Under the pieces are notes generated by a model. It was not told where the DNA came from. It made no database searches and was given only the letters and a program-made list of their open reading frames with translations. A stretch of DNA of 50,826 bases from an uncultured bacterium (lineage in GTDB: Bacteria; Patescibacteriota; Minisyncoccia; UBA6257; 2-01-FULL-56-20): positions 1-50,826 of the forward strand of contig CAWJQC010000002.1 in assembly GCA_963844965.1 (NCBI GenBank), given 5' to 3'. How positions within the stretch are numbered: the first letter of the stretch is position 1; the number at the start of each line of letters is the position of its first letter. Of the stretch, positions 26,907 to 35,495 are shown in pieces. Both the position numbers and the translations under genes were made by a program.

Positions 26907-26948
26907 CAATTTGGGATCCGAGTCGAAACCATTTGCTATAATCTTTTT

Positions 26949-27506
26949 ATGATTGGTAGAAAAATGCTCATCCCGCTCGCCCGCGACTTTGCCCTTAAGG
27001 CGCATAAGAAACTTATAACGACAACAGTGGGCGGTCTTAAGCGTCCGAATATTTTACATCTCCAGGAAGTTGCTGACCTCGTATGGGCTTCGGGTGGCAC
27101 CGATGAAGAAATTGCGGCTGCCTGGCTTCATGATACCGTTGAAGATACTCCCACTACGCTCACAATTATTGGAAAAAGGTTTGGCAGCAGAGTATCTCGC
27201 GTTGTAGCTGGCCTCACGGATACTAAAGGATTAAACAATCTGCCGCTTTTCGAACGTAAAAGGTACCAAGCCGCACGCCTTAAAAATGAAAATACGAGCG
27301 TACGCCGCATAAAAATAGCTGACCAAATTTCTAATATTCACTCGTTGGGACTGGATCCTACTAACACCATGACACCTGCCGAATGCAGGGATTATATTGA
27401 AGGGGCAAGGTCGATTGCCTGTATGTGTCGAAGTATTAGCCCCCTTCTAGATAGATTGTTTCTCGAGGTTTATAAAAAGGGAAGAGCACGTTATCGCTCG
27501 GCCTAA
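26949..27506 (+). CDS. Small HD-domain protein of the RelA/SpoT ppGpp-hydrolase (Mesh1-like) type
   Basis: LARDFALKAHKK..., AAAWLHDTVEDTPTTLTIIGKRFGSRVSRVVAGLTD matches the HD region of SpoT-type hydrolases. Start moved to MIGRKM to clear the tRNA. Confidence 0.6.
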   Translation: MIGRKMLIPLARDFALKAHKKLITTTVGGLKRPNILHLQEVADLVWASGGTDEEIAAAWLHDTVEDTPTTLTIIGKRFGSRVSRVVAGLTDTKGLNNLPLFERKRYQAARLKNENTSVRRIKIADQISNIHSLGLDPTNTMTPAECRDYIEGARSIACMCRSISPLLDRLFLEVYKKGRARYRSA

Positions 27507-27542
27507 GCAATAACTCGGTTAGCACCCTTCCGATTTTCATTA

Positions 27543-28163
27543 TTGTTCGAACATCGTCCCATCCTGCTCAACATGGAGAAAGACATAAATTCTCTCCGGC
27601 ACGATATCGTATTCAACGCCACCCTGCGCGGGCAGGCGTTCACGTTCCACAGCACGTGGGGGCTTTTCAGTCCGACGGAAATTGACGAAGGCAGCCGCCT
27701 GCTTCTGGAGAATCTGGAAATCCAGCCGGACGATGTCTGCCTGGATATCGGCTGCGGCTACGGAGCGCTCGGCGTGCCTATCGCCAAATTTTCGCCGCGG
27801 GGAAGAGTTCATATGGTGGACAAGGATTTCATCGCCGTGGAATATGCGAAGAAAAACGCCGCTGCAAACGGCGTCAAAAACTGCGAAATTTATTTGAGCA
27901 ATGGGTTCAGCGCCGTGCCGAAGGAACAGAAGTTTGATTTAATCGTTTCCAATCTTCCGGCGAAAACCGGAAAAGAGTTGTTTTGGATATTACTTGAAGA
28001 TGCGCGGAAGCATTTGGCTTCCGGCGGCAGGATTTATGTCGTGACCATTTCCGGCTTGCGCGAATTTATCAGACGCAATTTTCAGGAATTTTTCGGGAAT
28101 TACGAAAAGGTGAAGCAGGGGAGAAGCTACACGGTGGCGAGGGCCACAAACTTCCTTTCTTGA
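27543..28163 (+). CDS. Class I SAM-dependent methyltransferase (RsmC/small-MTase family)
   Basis: VCLDIGCGYGALGV (motif I), DLIVSNLP (motif IV). Confidence 0.7.
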   Translation: MFEHRPILLNMEKDINSLRHDIVFNATLRGQAFTFHSTWGLFSPTEIDEGSRLLLENLEIQPDDVCLDIGCGYGALGVPIAKFSPRGRVHMVDKDFIAVEYAKKNAAANGVKNCEIYLSNGFSAVPKEQKFDLIVSNLPAKTGKELFWILLEDARKHLASGGRIYVVTISGLREFIRRNFQEFFGNYEKVKQGRSYTVARATNFLS

Positions 28164-28220
28164 GGGACGGGTCACTGCATACTTGCAGTGCCCTTACTCT
28201 CGCCGCCTTCGCGGCTCCGA

Positions 28221-28240
28221 CCTGCCTGCCGGCAGGCAGG
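28221..28240. repeat. 20-bp perfect GC palindrome CCTGCCTGCCGGCAGGCAGG (also at 35473-35492; shorter copy at 50056-50067)
   Basis: Read directly. Here it is flanked by inverted copies of the upstream gene's last 16 bp (AACTTCCTTTCTTGAG 28150-28165 / CTCAAGAAAGGAAGTT 28249-28264). Confidence 0.7.
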
Positions 28241-28315
28241 GAAACTCTCAAGAAAGGAAGTTCTACGCTTGGACATAATTTTGTTTTCTTCGGCGAATTT
28301 TGCTACAATTTAAAA

Positions 28316-29344
28316 ATGGCTGAATTAGCCGACATCAAAAAGAACTGTCTCGCGGAAATTGAAAAAGCGGCGACGACCGACGAGCTGGAAATTATCCGCG
28401 TTAAGTACGTCGGCAGGAACGGCGAGGTAACCGCCGTTTTGCGTTCTTTGAAGGACTTGCCGATTGAAAGGCGGCGGAAAATCGGTCCCGAAGCGCAGGC
28501 CTTGAAACGAGAAATTGAAAAATTGCTTGACGAGAAGGCCGCGGCCCTCGGCCAAAAAGCACCGGCTTACGGCATTGACCTTTCCGCTCCAGGCAGGAAG
28601 GCGGAACGCGGACATCTCCATCCTTTGACCCTCGTGGACCAGGAGATAAGGCGCATATTCTCGGCGATGAATTTTTCCGTCGTGGAGGGGCCGGAAATGG
28701 AAACCGAATATTACAATTTTGACGCCTTGAATATTCCGGCCGACCATCCGGCAAGGGATATGTGGGATACATTTTGGTTGCTGCGCAACCAAAATGCGGC
28801 AAAGCGCAAAGCGCAAAGCGCAAACGATTCGCGCTTAGCGATTTGCGATAGGCTGCTTTTGCGGACGCACACCTCACCGGTGCAGATGAGATATATGGAG
28901 GAACACAGGCCGCCGTTCCAGATAATCGTGCCGGGCCGCTGTTTCCGTTACGAGGCGACAGACGCGTCGCACGAAGTAAATTTTTATCAACTTGAAGGGT
29001 TAATGGTCGGCAAGAACGTCAGTTTGGCCAATTTCAAATTTGTCGTGGAGGAATTTTTCAAAAGATTTTTCGGCCGGAACATTGAATTTTACTATCGGCC
29101 GAATTATTTCCCATTTGTCGAACCGGGGCTGGAAGTGGCAATCAAATTTGGCGGTAAGTGGTTGGAGGTTATGGGCGCCGGCATGGTGCATCCGCGCGTC
29201 TTTGAGTATGCCCATTACAACCCGCGCGACTGGCAGGGATTCGCCTTCGGCATGGGCATTGACCGCTTGGCCATGATCAAATACAAAATTCCCGACATCA
29301 GGATGTTTTACTCCGGAGATTTGAGGCTTGTAAAACAGTTTTGA
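28316..29344 (+). CDS. pheS: Phenylalanine--tRNA ligase alpha subunit
   Basis: ADHPARDMWDTFW, LLRTHTSPVQ, FRYEATDASHEVNFYQLEG, GMGIDRLAM motifs. Confidence 0.9.
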   Translation: MAELADIKKNCLAEIEKAATTDELEIIRVKYVGRNGEVTAVLRSLKDLPIERRRKIGPEAQALKREIEKLLDEKAAALGQKAPAYGIDLSAPGRKAERGHLHPLTLVDQEIRRIFSAMNFSVVEGPEMETEYYNFDALNIPADHPARDMWDTFWLLRNQNAAKRKAQSANDSRLAICDRLLLRTHTSPVQMRYMEEHRPPFQIIVPGRCFRYEATDASHEVNFYQLEGLMVGKNVSLANFKFVVEEFFKRFFGRNIEFYYRPNYFPFVEPGLEVAIKFGGKWLEVMGAGMVHPRVFEYAHYNPRDWQGFAFGMGIDRLAMIKYKIPDIRMFYSGDLRLVKQF

Positions 29345-29385
29345 AGTTGAGAAGTTTTGAAGTTTAGAAGTTAAAAATTATTTAA

Positions 29386-29571
29386 ATGGCGACAGGATTG
29401 TCTAATTTAAAAATATATCAAATGTCAGAAGATTTAGAGTTACGGGTTTTTGAACTGACAAAATTATTTCCGAAAGACGAAAAATATAGAAGTGTTGACC
29501 AGCTTCGTAGGTCGGCATCATCTGTAACAAATAATATCGCCGAGGCCCATCAAACTTCCAAACTACGATGA
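29386..29571 (+). pseudogene. Truncated four-helix-bundle protein gene fragment (61 aa), stop overlapping the pheT start
   Basis: IYQMSEDLELRVFELTKLFPKDEKYRSVDQLRRSASSVTNNIAEAHQ is the N-terminal half of the family seen intact at 15175-15537. Preceded by GAAGTT-type oligo repeats at 29340-29380. Confidence 0.5.
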
Positions 29572-31608
29572 AGTTTTCCTATTCGTTAATCAAAAAACTT
29601 CTGCCGGGGGCGCCGTCAAAAGCGCGGCTGATTGACGGTCTCAGCATGCATTCTTTTGAAACGGAGGACGCCGGAGGCGATATTCTGGAAATTTCTTTGC
29701 CGGCGAACCGCTGGTCGGACGCGGCATCGCACATAGGCATCGCGCGCGAAGTGGCGGCAGTTTTCAGCCTCAAATTCAAAAATCCGGTGAAGCTTATGGT
29801 GAATTATCCGGCCGAGAAGGGTCTTGTTTCCGTGGATGTGAAGGACGCGAAACTTTGTCCGCGCTATTCGGCACGCTATTTTGAACTGCAGAAACTCGGC
29901 GATTCGCCGAAGTGGATGCGCGATACTCTTATCTCCTGCGGTTTGCAGCCGATAAACAGCATCGTGGATATTATGAACTACGTTATGCTGGAAACCGGTC
30001 AGCCGTTACATGCGTTTGACGCGGATAAATTGGTGCCAAGTACCAAGCGTCAAGCGTCAAGGAAGAAGCGGAAATTGACTGCGGGAATTGTCGTCCGAAG
30101 AGCGGCGAAAGAGGAAAAAATGACGACACTTGACGGCCAGCATCTGGTTTTGGACCAAAGTGTGCTTGTTATCGCCTCAAGCCCGGCGGCCGGCGGATTG
30201 CCGCTCGCGGTCGCGGGCATAAAAGGAGGCCAAGGTCCGGCCGTGGGGCCGAAGACCAAAAGAATCGTCGTGGAAGCAGCGAGTTTCAATGCGGCGTCTG
30301 TCTATAGAGCGGCGCGCAAGCTCAACTTGCCGACGGACGCTGCCCAACGTTTCGGCCACGGCTTGAGTCCGGCGCTCGTGGAGATCGGCTTGGACCGCGC
30401 GACCGAACTTTTGCTCAAGAACAAGGCCTGGCTCCTGGATTCCGTGGATGTCTACCCCCGGCCGGTCGGCGATGAGGTCATTGAATTTGACGCGCGGAAG
30501 TATGAATCCGTCATCGGCGGGAAGGTTGACGAAAAAAAGGCGCGGAAATATTTTGAACTTCTGGGGTTTGAGTTGGAAGAGCCGAAATCTAAAACCATCG
30601 GCCAGAAATTATTGGTCAGGATCCCGTCTTGGCGCACCGACATAGAAGAGCCGGAGGACTTGATTGAGGAGATAATCCGCCTTGAGGGATACGGAAAACT
30701 GAAGCCGAGGCCGCCGCTCGTAAGTTTGTTACCCGCGCGTGAAGAAGATACGGTCATATTTAAAGACAAGGTCCGCAGAGTACTTCATGGTTATCGATTG
30801 GATGAGGTTTACAATTCATCCTTCCTCGGCGATGCCGACCTTGCGATGGCGGAATCAGCGGGCTTCGGCGGCGCGCGTTCGGCGCTAATTGAAGTGGAAA
30901 ATCCCATTGCCGACGACAAAAAATATTTGCGGCCCAGTTTGCTACCGCTTCTCGTGAAGAATATCGGAGACAATGCGCGATTTTTCGGCGAGATGGGAAT
31001 TTTTGAAATAGGAAAAATTTTTGAGGAGTCGCCGGGAAAAACGCCGGTGGAAAAATTGTCGCTTGGCGTCGCGCTTGCCGGGAAAAAAGAGCCGAAGCTG
31101 ATTTTGGAGCTCAAGGGACTCGCGGAAGATGTGCTTCGCGGTCTCGGCGTGGACGATTTTTCAATCATTGAACGGGGCGCGGCTTTGCGCGTTGAGGCGG
31201 ACCACAAGGTTTTGGGAATTATGCGTCAGGCAGATTCTCGGAAGGGGATGGATTGCCGCCCTCGGCGAGTTTGATCTGGAAAAAGTTTTGGAATTTACGG
31301 AGGAAGAGAAAGAATTCATAGCACCCAAAAGATTCCCGTCGGTAATGCGCGACATTTCCGTTTTGGCAAGCCGTGACACGCGCATCGGCGAAATTTTGGA
31401 GGAGATAGAGGACGCTTCCCCGAAATTCCTTGAGAATGTTGACTTGATCGACGAATATGTTGACGAACGGTTCGCGGGTAAACAGAGCATTACCTTCCGC
31501 ATCGTGTTTCAGGCCGACGACAGGACGCTTACCGATACAGAAGTGAACGCCGCGATGGAAAAAATTTCCGTGGCTCTCAAGAAAAGATTTGGTGCGGAGA
31601 TAAGGTAG
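29568..31608 (+). CDS. pheT: Phenylalanine--tRNA ligase beta subunit (short form), with an apparent frameshift near 31235
   Basis: MKFSYSLIKKLLPG N-terminus, B3/4 and B5 regions. C-terminal FDX-ACB domain (EFDLEKVLEFTEEE...RIVFQADDRTLTDTEVNAAMEKI) is in the +1 frame (ORF 31129-31608). Confidence 0.85.
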
Positions 31609-31675
31609 GAATAAATTTTGGCTATCATATGCTGGCAGCTTGACCTCGCACGGTTATTCCCTTATACTTCTCTCT

Positions 31676-32062
31676 ATGTTGGCTATCAAATTACAGCGCA
31701 TAGGAAAAAAACATCAGCCGAGTTTTCGGATTGTCGTGGCCGAGAAGCGCTCCAAGCTGGGCGGGCCGCCGGTTGAGGACCTCGGTGCTTATAATCCGCA
31801 GACGAAGGCGGTGACCGTGGACAAGGAAAAAGTGGCGCATTGGCTTAGTGTCGGTGCTCAAGCGACGCCGACGGTTCATAATCTTCTTGTGAAAGCGGGC
31901 GCGGTTCTTGGTCCCAAAATTGCCGTTAAGATCAATAAGCCAAAAGCGGCGGCGGAAACTCCGGCGGCTCCAGTTGCAACGGCGGTAAATATGGAGGAAC
32001 CTGCGAAAGCGGAAGAAGCGGCGAAAACCGAAGCAAAAACCGGACCGGAGGCGGCGGCATAA
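31676..32062 (+). CDS. rpsP: 30S ribosomal protein S16 with Ala/Pro-rich C-terminal extension
   Basis: MLAIKLQRIGKKHQPSFRIVVAEKRSKLGGPPVEDLGAYNP. Confidence 0.85.
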   Translation: MLAIKLQRIGKKHQPSFRIVVAEKRSKLGGPPVEDLGAYNPQTKAVTVDKEKVAHWLSVGAQATPTVHNLLVKAGAVLGPKIAVKINKPKAAAETPAAPVATAVNMEEPAKAEEAAKTEAKTGPEAAA

Positions 32063-32211
32063 GGGGGTCTTGCCCGGTAGTAGTTCTGCGATATTATTAT
32101 TCCCGCGCTTTTGAATAAATCCTCGCAGCTACCCGCAGGAAGATCAGTAAATAAAGCAAATTTCTTGATTTTGTATTAATTTGGGGCTACAATCGCAGAA
32201 TTACTACCGGG

Positions 32212-32240
32212 CTTGACATACGATTTTATTAGGAGTATAA
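32212..32240 (+). promoter_or_regulatory. Consensus promoter TTGACA-N17-TATAAT upstream of the KH-domain gene, inside a 19-bp inverted-repeat-flanked segment
   Basis: ttgacatacgattttattaggagtataat. Inverted repeat CCGGTAGTAGTTCTGCGAT (32074-32092) / ATCGCAGAATTACTACCGG (32190-32208). Confidence 0.5.
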
Positions 32241-32385
32241 TAAGGCATAATTCAAGTTAAGAATCGCGACGCGTGAATATAAGATATCCGCGTTAATCAG
32301 CGCGATAATCTGCGTAAATCAGCGTTTTTGCGAAGCAAAAAAAGAAAGGTCGAAAAGATAGTCAGGAAACACTGCATAAATTATC

Positions 32386-32700
32386 ATGGCTAGCAAAACA
32401 GCCGATCAGGAATTCCTGGAATATCTGGTCAAGTCCTTAGTTGATCACCCGGACGATGTGAAGGTTGATCGCAAGGTTGACGAAATGGGAGTTCTGCTTT
32501 CTCTGAAAGTGAATCCCTTGGATATGGGCCAGGTAGTCGGACGCCAGGGCGCCACGGCGAAATCCATCCGCTCGCTTTTGAGGATCGTGGGCATCAAGAA
32601 TAATGCCCGCGTGAATCTGAAGATTGAAGAGCCGGAGGGCAGCACCCGCGGACCTCGCATAGACCGCGGCGACAGGCCTCCGAGGCGTGAAGAATACTAA
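32386..32700 (+). CDS. KH-domain RNA-binding protein (YlqC/UPF0109 family)
   Basis: GQVVGRQGATAKSIRSLLRIVG, the KH GxxG-type core. Typical neighbour of rpsP. Confidence 0.8.
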   Translation: MASKTADQEFLEYLVKSLVDHPDDVKVDRKVDEMGVLLSLKVNPLDMGQVVGRQGATAKSIRSLLRIVGIKNNARVNLKIEEPEGSTRGPRIDRGDRPPRREEY

Positions 32701-32783
32701 TTCGTATCGCACAAAAACGGTCGCCTAAGGCGACCGTTTTTGGTTGCAAAATTGCCTTCTATCGCTTATAATTTTTACTTGTA

Positions 32784-33374
32784 ATGCTTTCTTACACCGA
32801 CCTAACAAAAGGAGTTTTATTTGTCATGGACGGCGAGCCGTGGGAGGTTTTGGAGTCCCATTTTTTGCGCATGCAGCAGAGAAAAGCGGTTGTGCAGACG
32901 AAAATCCGCAACTTGATTACCGGGAAAATTGTTGACCGCAATTTCCAGCCGTCGGACGGATTTGAGGAGGCGGAAATAGAAAAGAAGTCGGCGATGTTTA
33001 TTTATAAAAAACCTGGCCGCGGCCCTGACGGAGTGGACGAATACTGGTTTAACGAGGAAGGCAATCCCAAAAACCGCTTTATGCTTCCCAGTTCCGTCTT
33101 GGGCGAGCCGGCGCAGTTCCTGAAGCCGAACACGAAAGTTCAGACGGTAGTTTTCGGCGAAAAAGTCATCAAAGCCACTCTGCCGGTCAAAATGGATTTT
33201 GAGGTGACCGAAGCGCCGCCGTCAATCAAGGGCAACACGGCCCAGGGCGGTTCAAAAGTTGTGACACTTGAGGGCGGAGCGAAAATTTCTGCGCCGCTTT
33301 TCGTGAACGAGGGCGACATAGTCCGAATCAACACGGAAACGGGGGATTACGTTGAGCGGGTGGAGAAAAAATAA
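32784..33374 (+). CDS. efp: Elongation factor P
   Basis: MLSYTDLTKGVLFVMDGEPWEVLESHFLRMQQRKAVVQTKIRNLITGKIVDRNF, the three-domain EF-P layout. Confidence 0.85.
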   Translation: MLSYTDLTKGVLFVMDGEPWEVLESHFLRMQQRKAVVQTKIRNLITGKIVDRNFQPSDGFEEAEIEKKSAMFIYKKPGRGPDGVDEYWFNEEGNPKNRFMLPSSVLGEPAQFLKPNTKVQTVVFGEKVIKATLPVKMDFEVTEAPPSIKGNTAQGGSKVVTLEGGAKISAPLFVNEGDIVRINTETGDYVERVEKK

Positions 33375-33375
33375 A

Positions 33376-33960
33376 TTATTGCGCCGTTGCGGGGTTTGGG
33401 TTCGCTTCGCGAGCCCCTTTCTTTTTTCGCCAGAGGATGAGATAGACGATAGCGAGCGCCGAATAATTCAAAATCATAAACCACGGCGTTGCCCAGGAAA
33501 TGCCATGGAATTTCCAGTCGGAGAGCGGCCAAAAAACGGGCGTCGGATAGAATTGATAGGAATGAGAAGGAATATCAATCAAAATATGCAGAAGCCAGCC
33601 GCCCATCTCGTATATCGGGCGGCGCGCGATGAGCCAGACGAGCACGAAAACGGAAATAAAAATAATGGCGCTGTGGCTTATGCTGTAAAGCGAGCTCGCG
33701 AGGCGCATGACCGTGTAAAGTTTTCCGTCGGCTGGCGGCTCAACCTGGTGCGGCCGCGGGATATCGGCGGTCGTGAGATTGCCGGAGATAAAACCCCAGG
33801 CGATCCAGACGAAGGGAATCGCGAAGGCGAAGAGGTCCGGAAATATACCCCAAAACGCAGCCCACCAGACATTCAGTAGTTTACGATTTGCCCTTTGTAA
33901 TTTGCCATTTGCAGCCTTGGCGGCCGCTGCCGTCCAGAGACCGTGTGCGAAAATATCCAT
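33376..33960 (-). CDS. DUF457-like membrane-bound metal-dependent hydrolase family protein
   Basis: MDIFAHGLW..., HILIDIPSH. Polytopic. Confidence 0.45.
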   Translation of the reverse strand: MDIFAHGLWTAAAAKAANGKLQRANRKLLNVWWAAFWGIFPDLFAFAIPFVWIAWGFISGNLTTADIPRPHQVEPPADGKLYTVMRLASSLYSISHSAIIFISVFVLVWLIARRPIYEMGGWLLHILIDIPSHSYQFYPTPVFWPLSDWKFHGISWATPWFMILNYSALAIVYLILWRKKKGAREANPNPATAQ

Positions 33961-34039
33961 TATGTTTAATTGTATTTGATTATAAATTTTTTGACTATGT
34001 ATATTGCCAGAGCTAAACTAGTTTTAAGTTTCAATAGTT

Positions 34040-35308
34040 ATGAATAAAAAGGACGCGGAGAAAGTTTTCGTGGCGGTGTCCCCGCACCAAAAGGGGCATA
34101 GCGTCCTCCGCGCTTCCGCGCGGAGCGAAACTAAAAATGCCCCTTTGGTGACGGGGCGAGCCGGCGACGGTCTGAAAGAACATAAAGAGACTGTTTTTGT
34201 TGCAATGTCTGGAGGAGTTGATTCAAGCGTCGCGGCATTTTTATTGAAGGAACAGGGTTACGACGTCGTCGGCGTTTTTATGCGATGTTACAATCTTGAC
34301 GGCTGCGCCGAGCGGGACGCCGAGGACGCGCGCCGAGTTGCGGCGCGCCTCGGCATTCCTTTTTATGTTTGGGATTTTGAGAAGGAATATAAGAAACTCG
34401 TTGTTGATTACATGATTCGTGGCTACAGGAAGGGGATTACGCCGAATCCGGACGTGATGTGCAACAAGGAAATAAAATTCGGTTTGTTCTTTGAAAAAGC
34501 GCGCTCTATGGGTGCTGATTATGTCGCGACAGGGCACTATGTGCGCCTACGGCGCACATTGGAAAATGTTAATAGCGACACGCGAAATGGAAATCCAAAA
34601 TCCCAAATCCCATGTCGCATGTCGCTTTATGCTGCACGCGATAGCGCGAAGGACCAGAGCTATTTTTTGTGGACTTTGACGCAAGAGCAGTTGAAGCACT
34701 GCTTGTTTCCTATAGGCGATTATCTGAAATCGGAAGTGCGTGAGATCGCGCGCCGCGTTGGTTTGCCGACCGCCGAGAAAAAGGACTCGCAGGGAATTTG
34801 TTTTTTGGGACAAATTGCGCTCGGCGATTTTCTCAAGAAATATATTAAGCCGAAGCGCGGCGTGGTTCTGACTGTTTCCGGCGAAAAGATCGGCGAGCAC
34901 GAAGGCGCATATTATTACACGATAGGGCAGAGACATTTGGGTATTGCAAATCGCAAAGCGCAAAGCGCAAACAGCGAGCCATTTTACGTTGCAGAGAAAA
35001 ACGTGAAAACCAATACCATCACCGTTGCCGAAGGAGCGGAAAACCCGGCATTGTACAGGAAAGAAGTTGAACTGACCAGCCCCAATTTTATTGATTCGGC
35101 GTATCACTCCACCATTCGAGCGAATGGTGGAGTGAGCGTGCTTGCGCGGGTCAGATACCGTCAGCCGCTATTTAATGCATCATTCATAATTCGCAATTCT
35201 TTATTTAAATTAGTATTTGACAAGCCGCAGAAATTCGTAGCGGCGGGGCAATCGGCAGTATTCTACGCGGAAAACGGAGAATTACTCGGTGGAGGAATTA
35301 TTTTGTGA
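34040..35308 (+). CDS. mnmA: tRNA-specific 2-thiouridylase MnmA carrying oligo-repeat insertions
   Basis: VFVAMSGGVDSSVAAFLLKEQGYDVVGVFM PP-loop, KDQSYFLW, QGICFLG. N-terminal 50 aa contain an internal near-duplication (KVFVAVS / TVFVAMS), so the start is uncertain. Confidence 0.85.
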   Translation: MNKKDAEKVFVAVSPHQKGHSVLRASARSETKNAPLVTGRAGDGLKEHKETVFVAMSGGVDSSVAAFLLKEQGYDVVGVFMRCYNLDGCAERDAEDARRVAARLGIPFYVWDFEKEYKKLVVDYMIRGYRKGITPNPDVMCNKEIKFGLFFEKARSMGADYVATGHYVRLRRTLENVNSDTRNGNPKSQIPCRMSLYAARDSAKDQSYFLWTLTQEQLKHCLFPIGDYLKSEVREIARRVGLPTAEKKDSQGICFLGQIALGDFLKKYIKPKRGVVLTVSGEKIGEHEGAYYYTIGQRHLGIANRKAQSANSEPFYVAEKNVKTNTITVAEGAENPALYRKEVELTSPNFIDSAYHSTIRANGGVSVLARVRYRQPLFNASFIIRNSLFKLVFDKPQKFVAAGQSAVFYAENGELLGGGIIL

Positions 35309-35495
35309 TTATAGCTTCCGCCGCTGGGAAGTGGGTCGGGGAAACGGGAGTTTCCCTGCGTAGGAAATTACTCAAAACCGAGAGGTTGTGAGGGAACGAG
35401 CCACGACATAGTGTCGGGGCGAGCGACGCGGCGGGCCAGTCCGCAGTATTTTATTCCGCTAAGGAGGGAGACCTGCCTGCCGGCAGGCAGGTGCT
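35309..35495. repeat. Mini-insertion at the mnmA 3' end. Contains the GGGTCGGGGAAACGGGAGTTTCCC element, ends with the 20-bp palindrome, and is followed by a degenerate direct copy of mnmA's last 23 bp.
   Basis: mnmA ends ...CTCGGTGGAGGAATTATTTTGTGA (35284-35308). After the insert the sequence reads CTCGGCGGCGGGATTATTTTATAA (35496-35519). Confidence 0.5.

Noticed and set aside
28164-28315. Checked the pheS upstream region for a T-box leader
   Set aside because: No T-box consensus (AATTAGGGTGGNACCGCG) or specifier-loop architecture. The region is instead occupied by the palindrome/inverted-repeat element.
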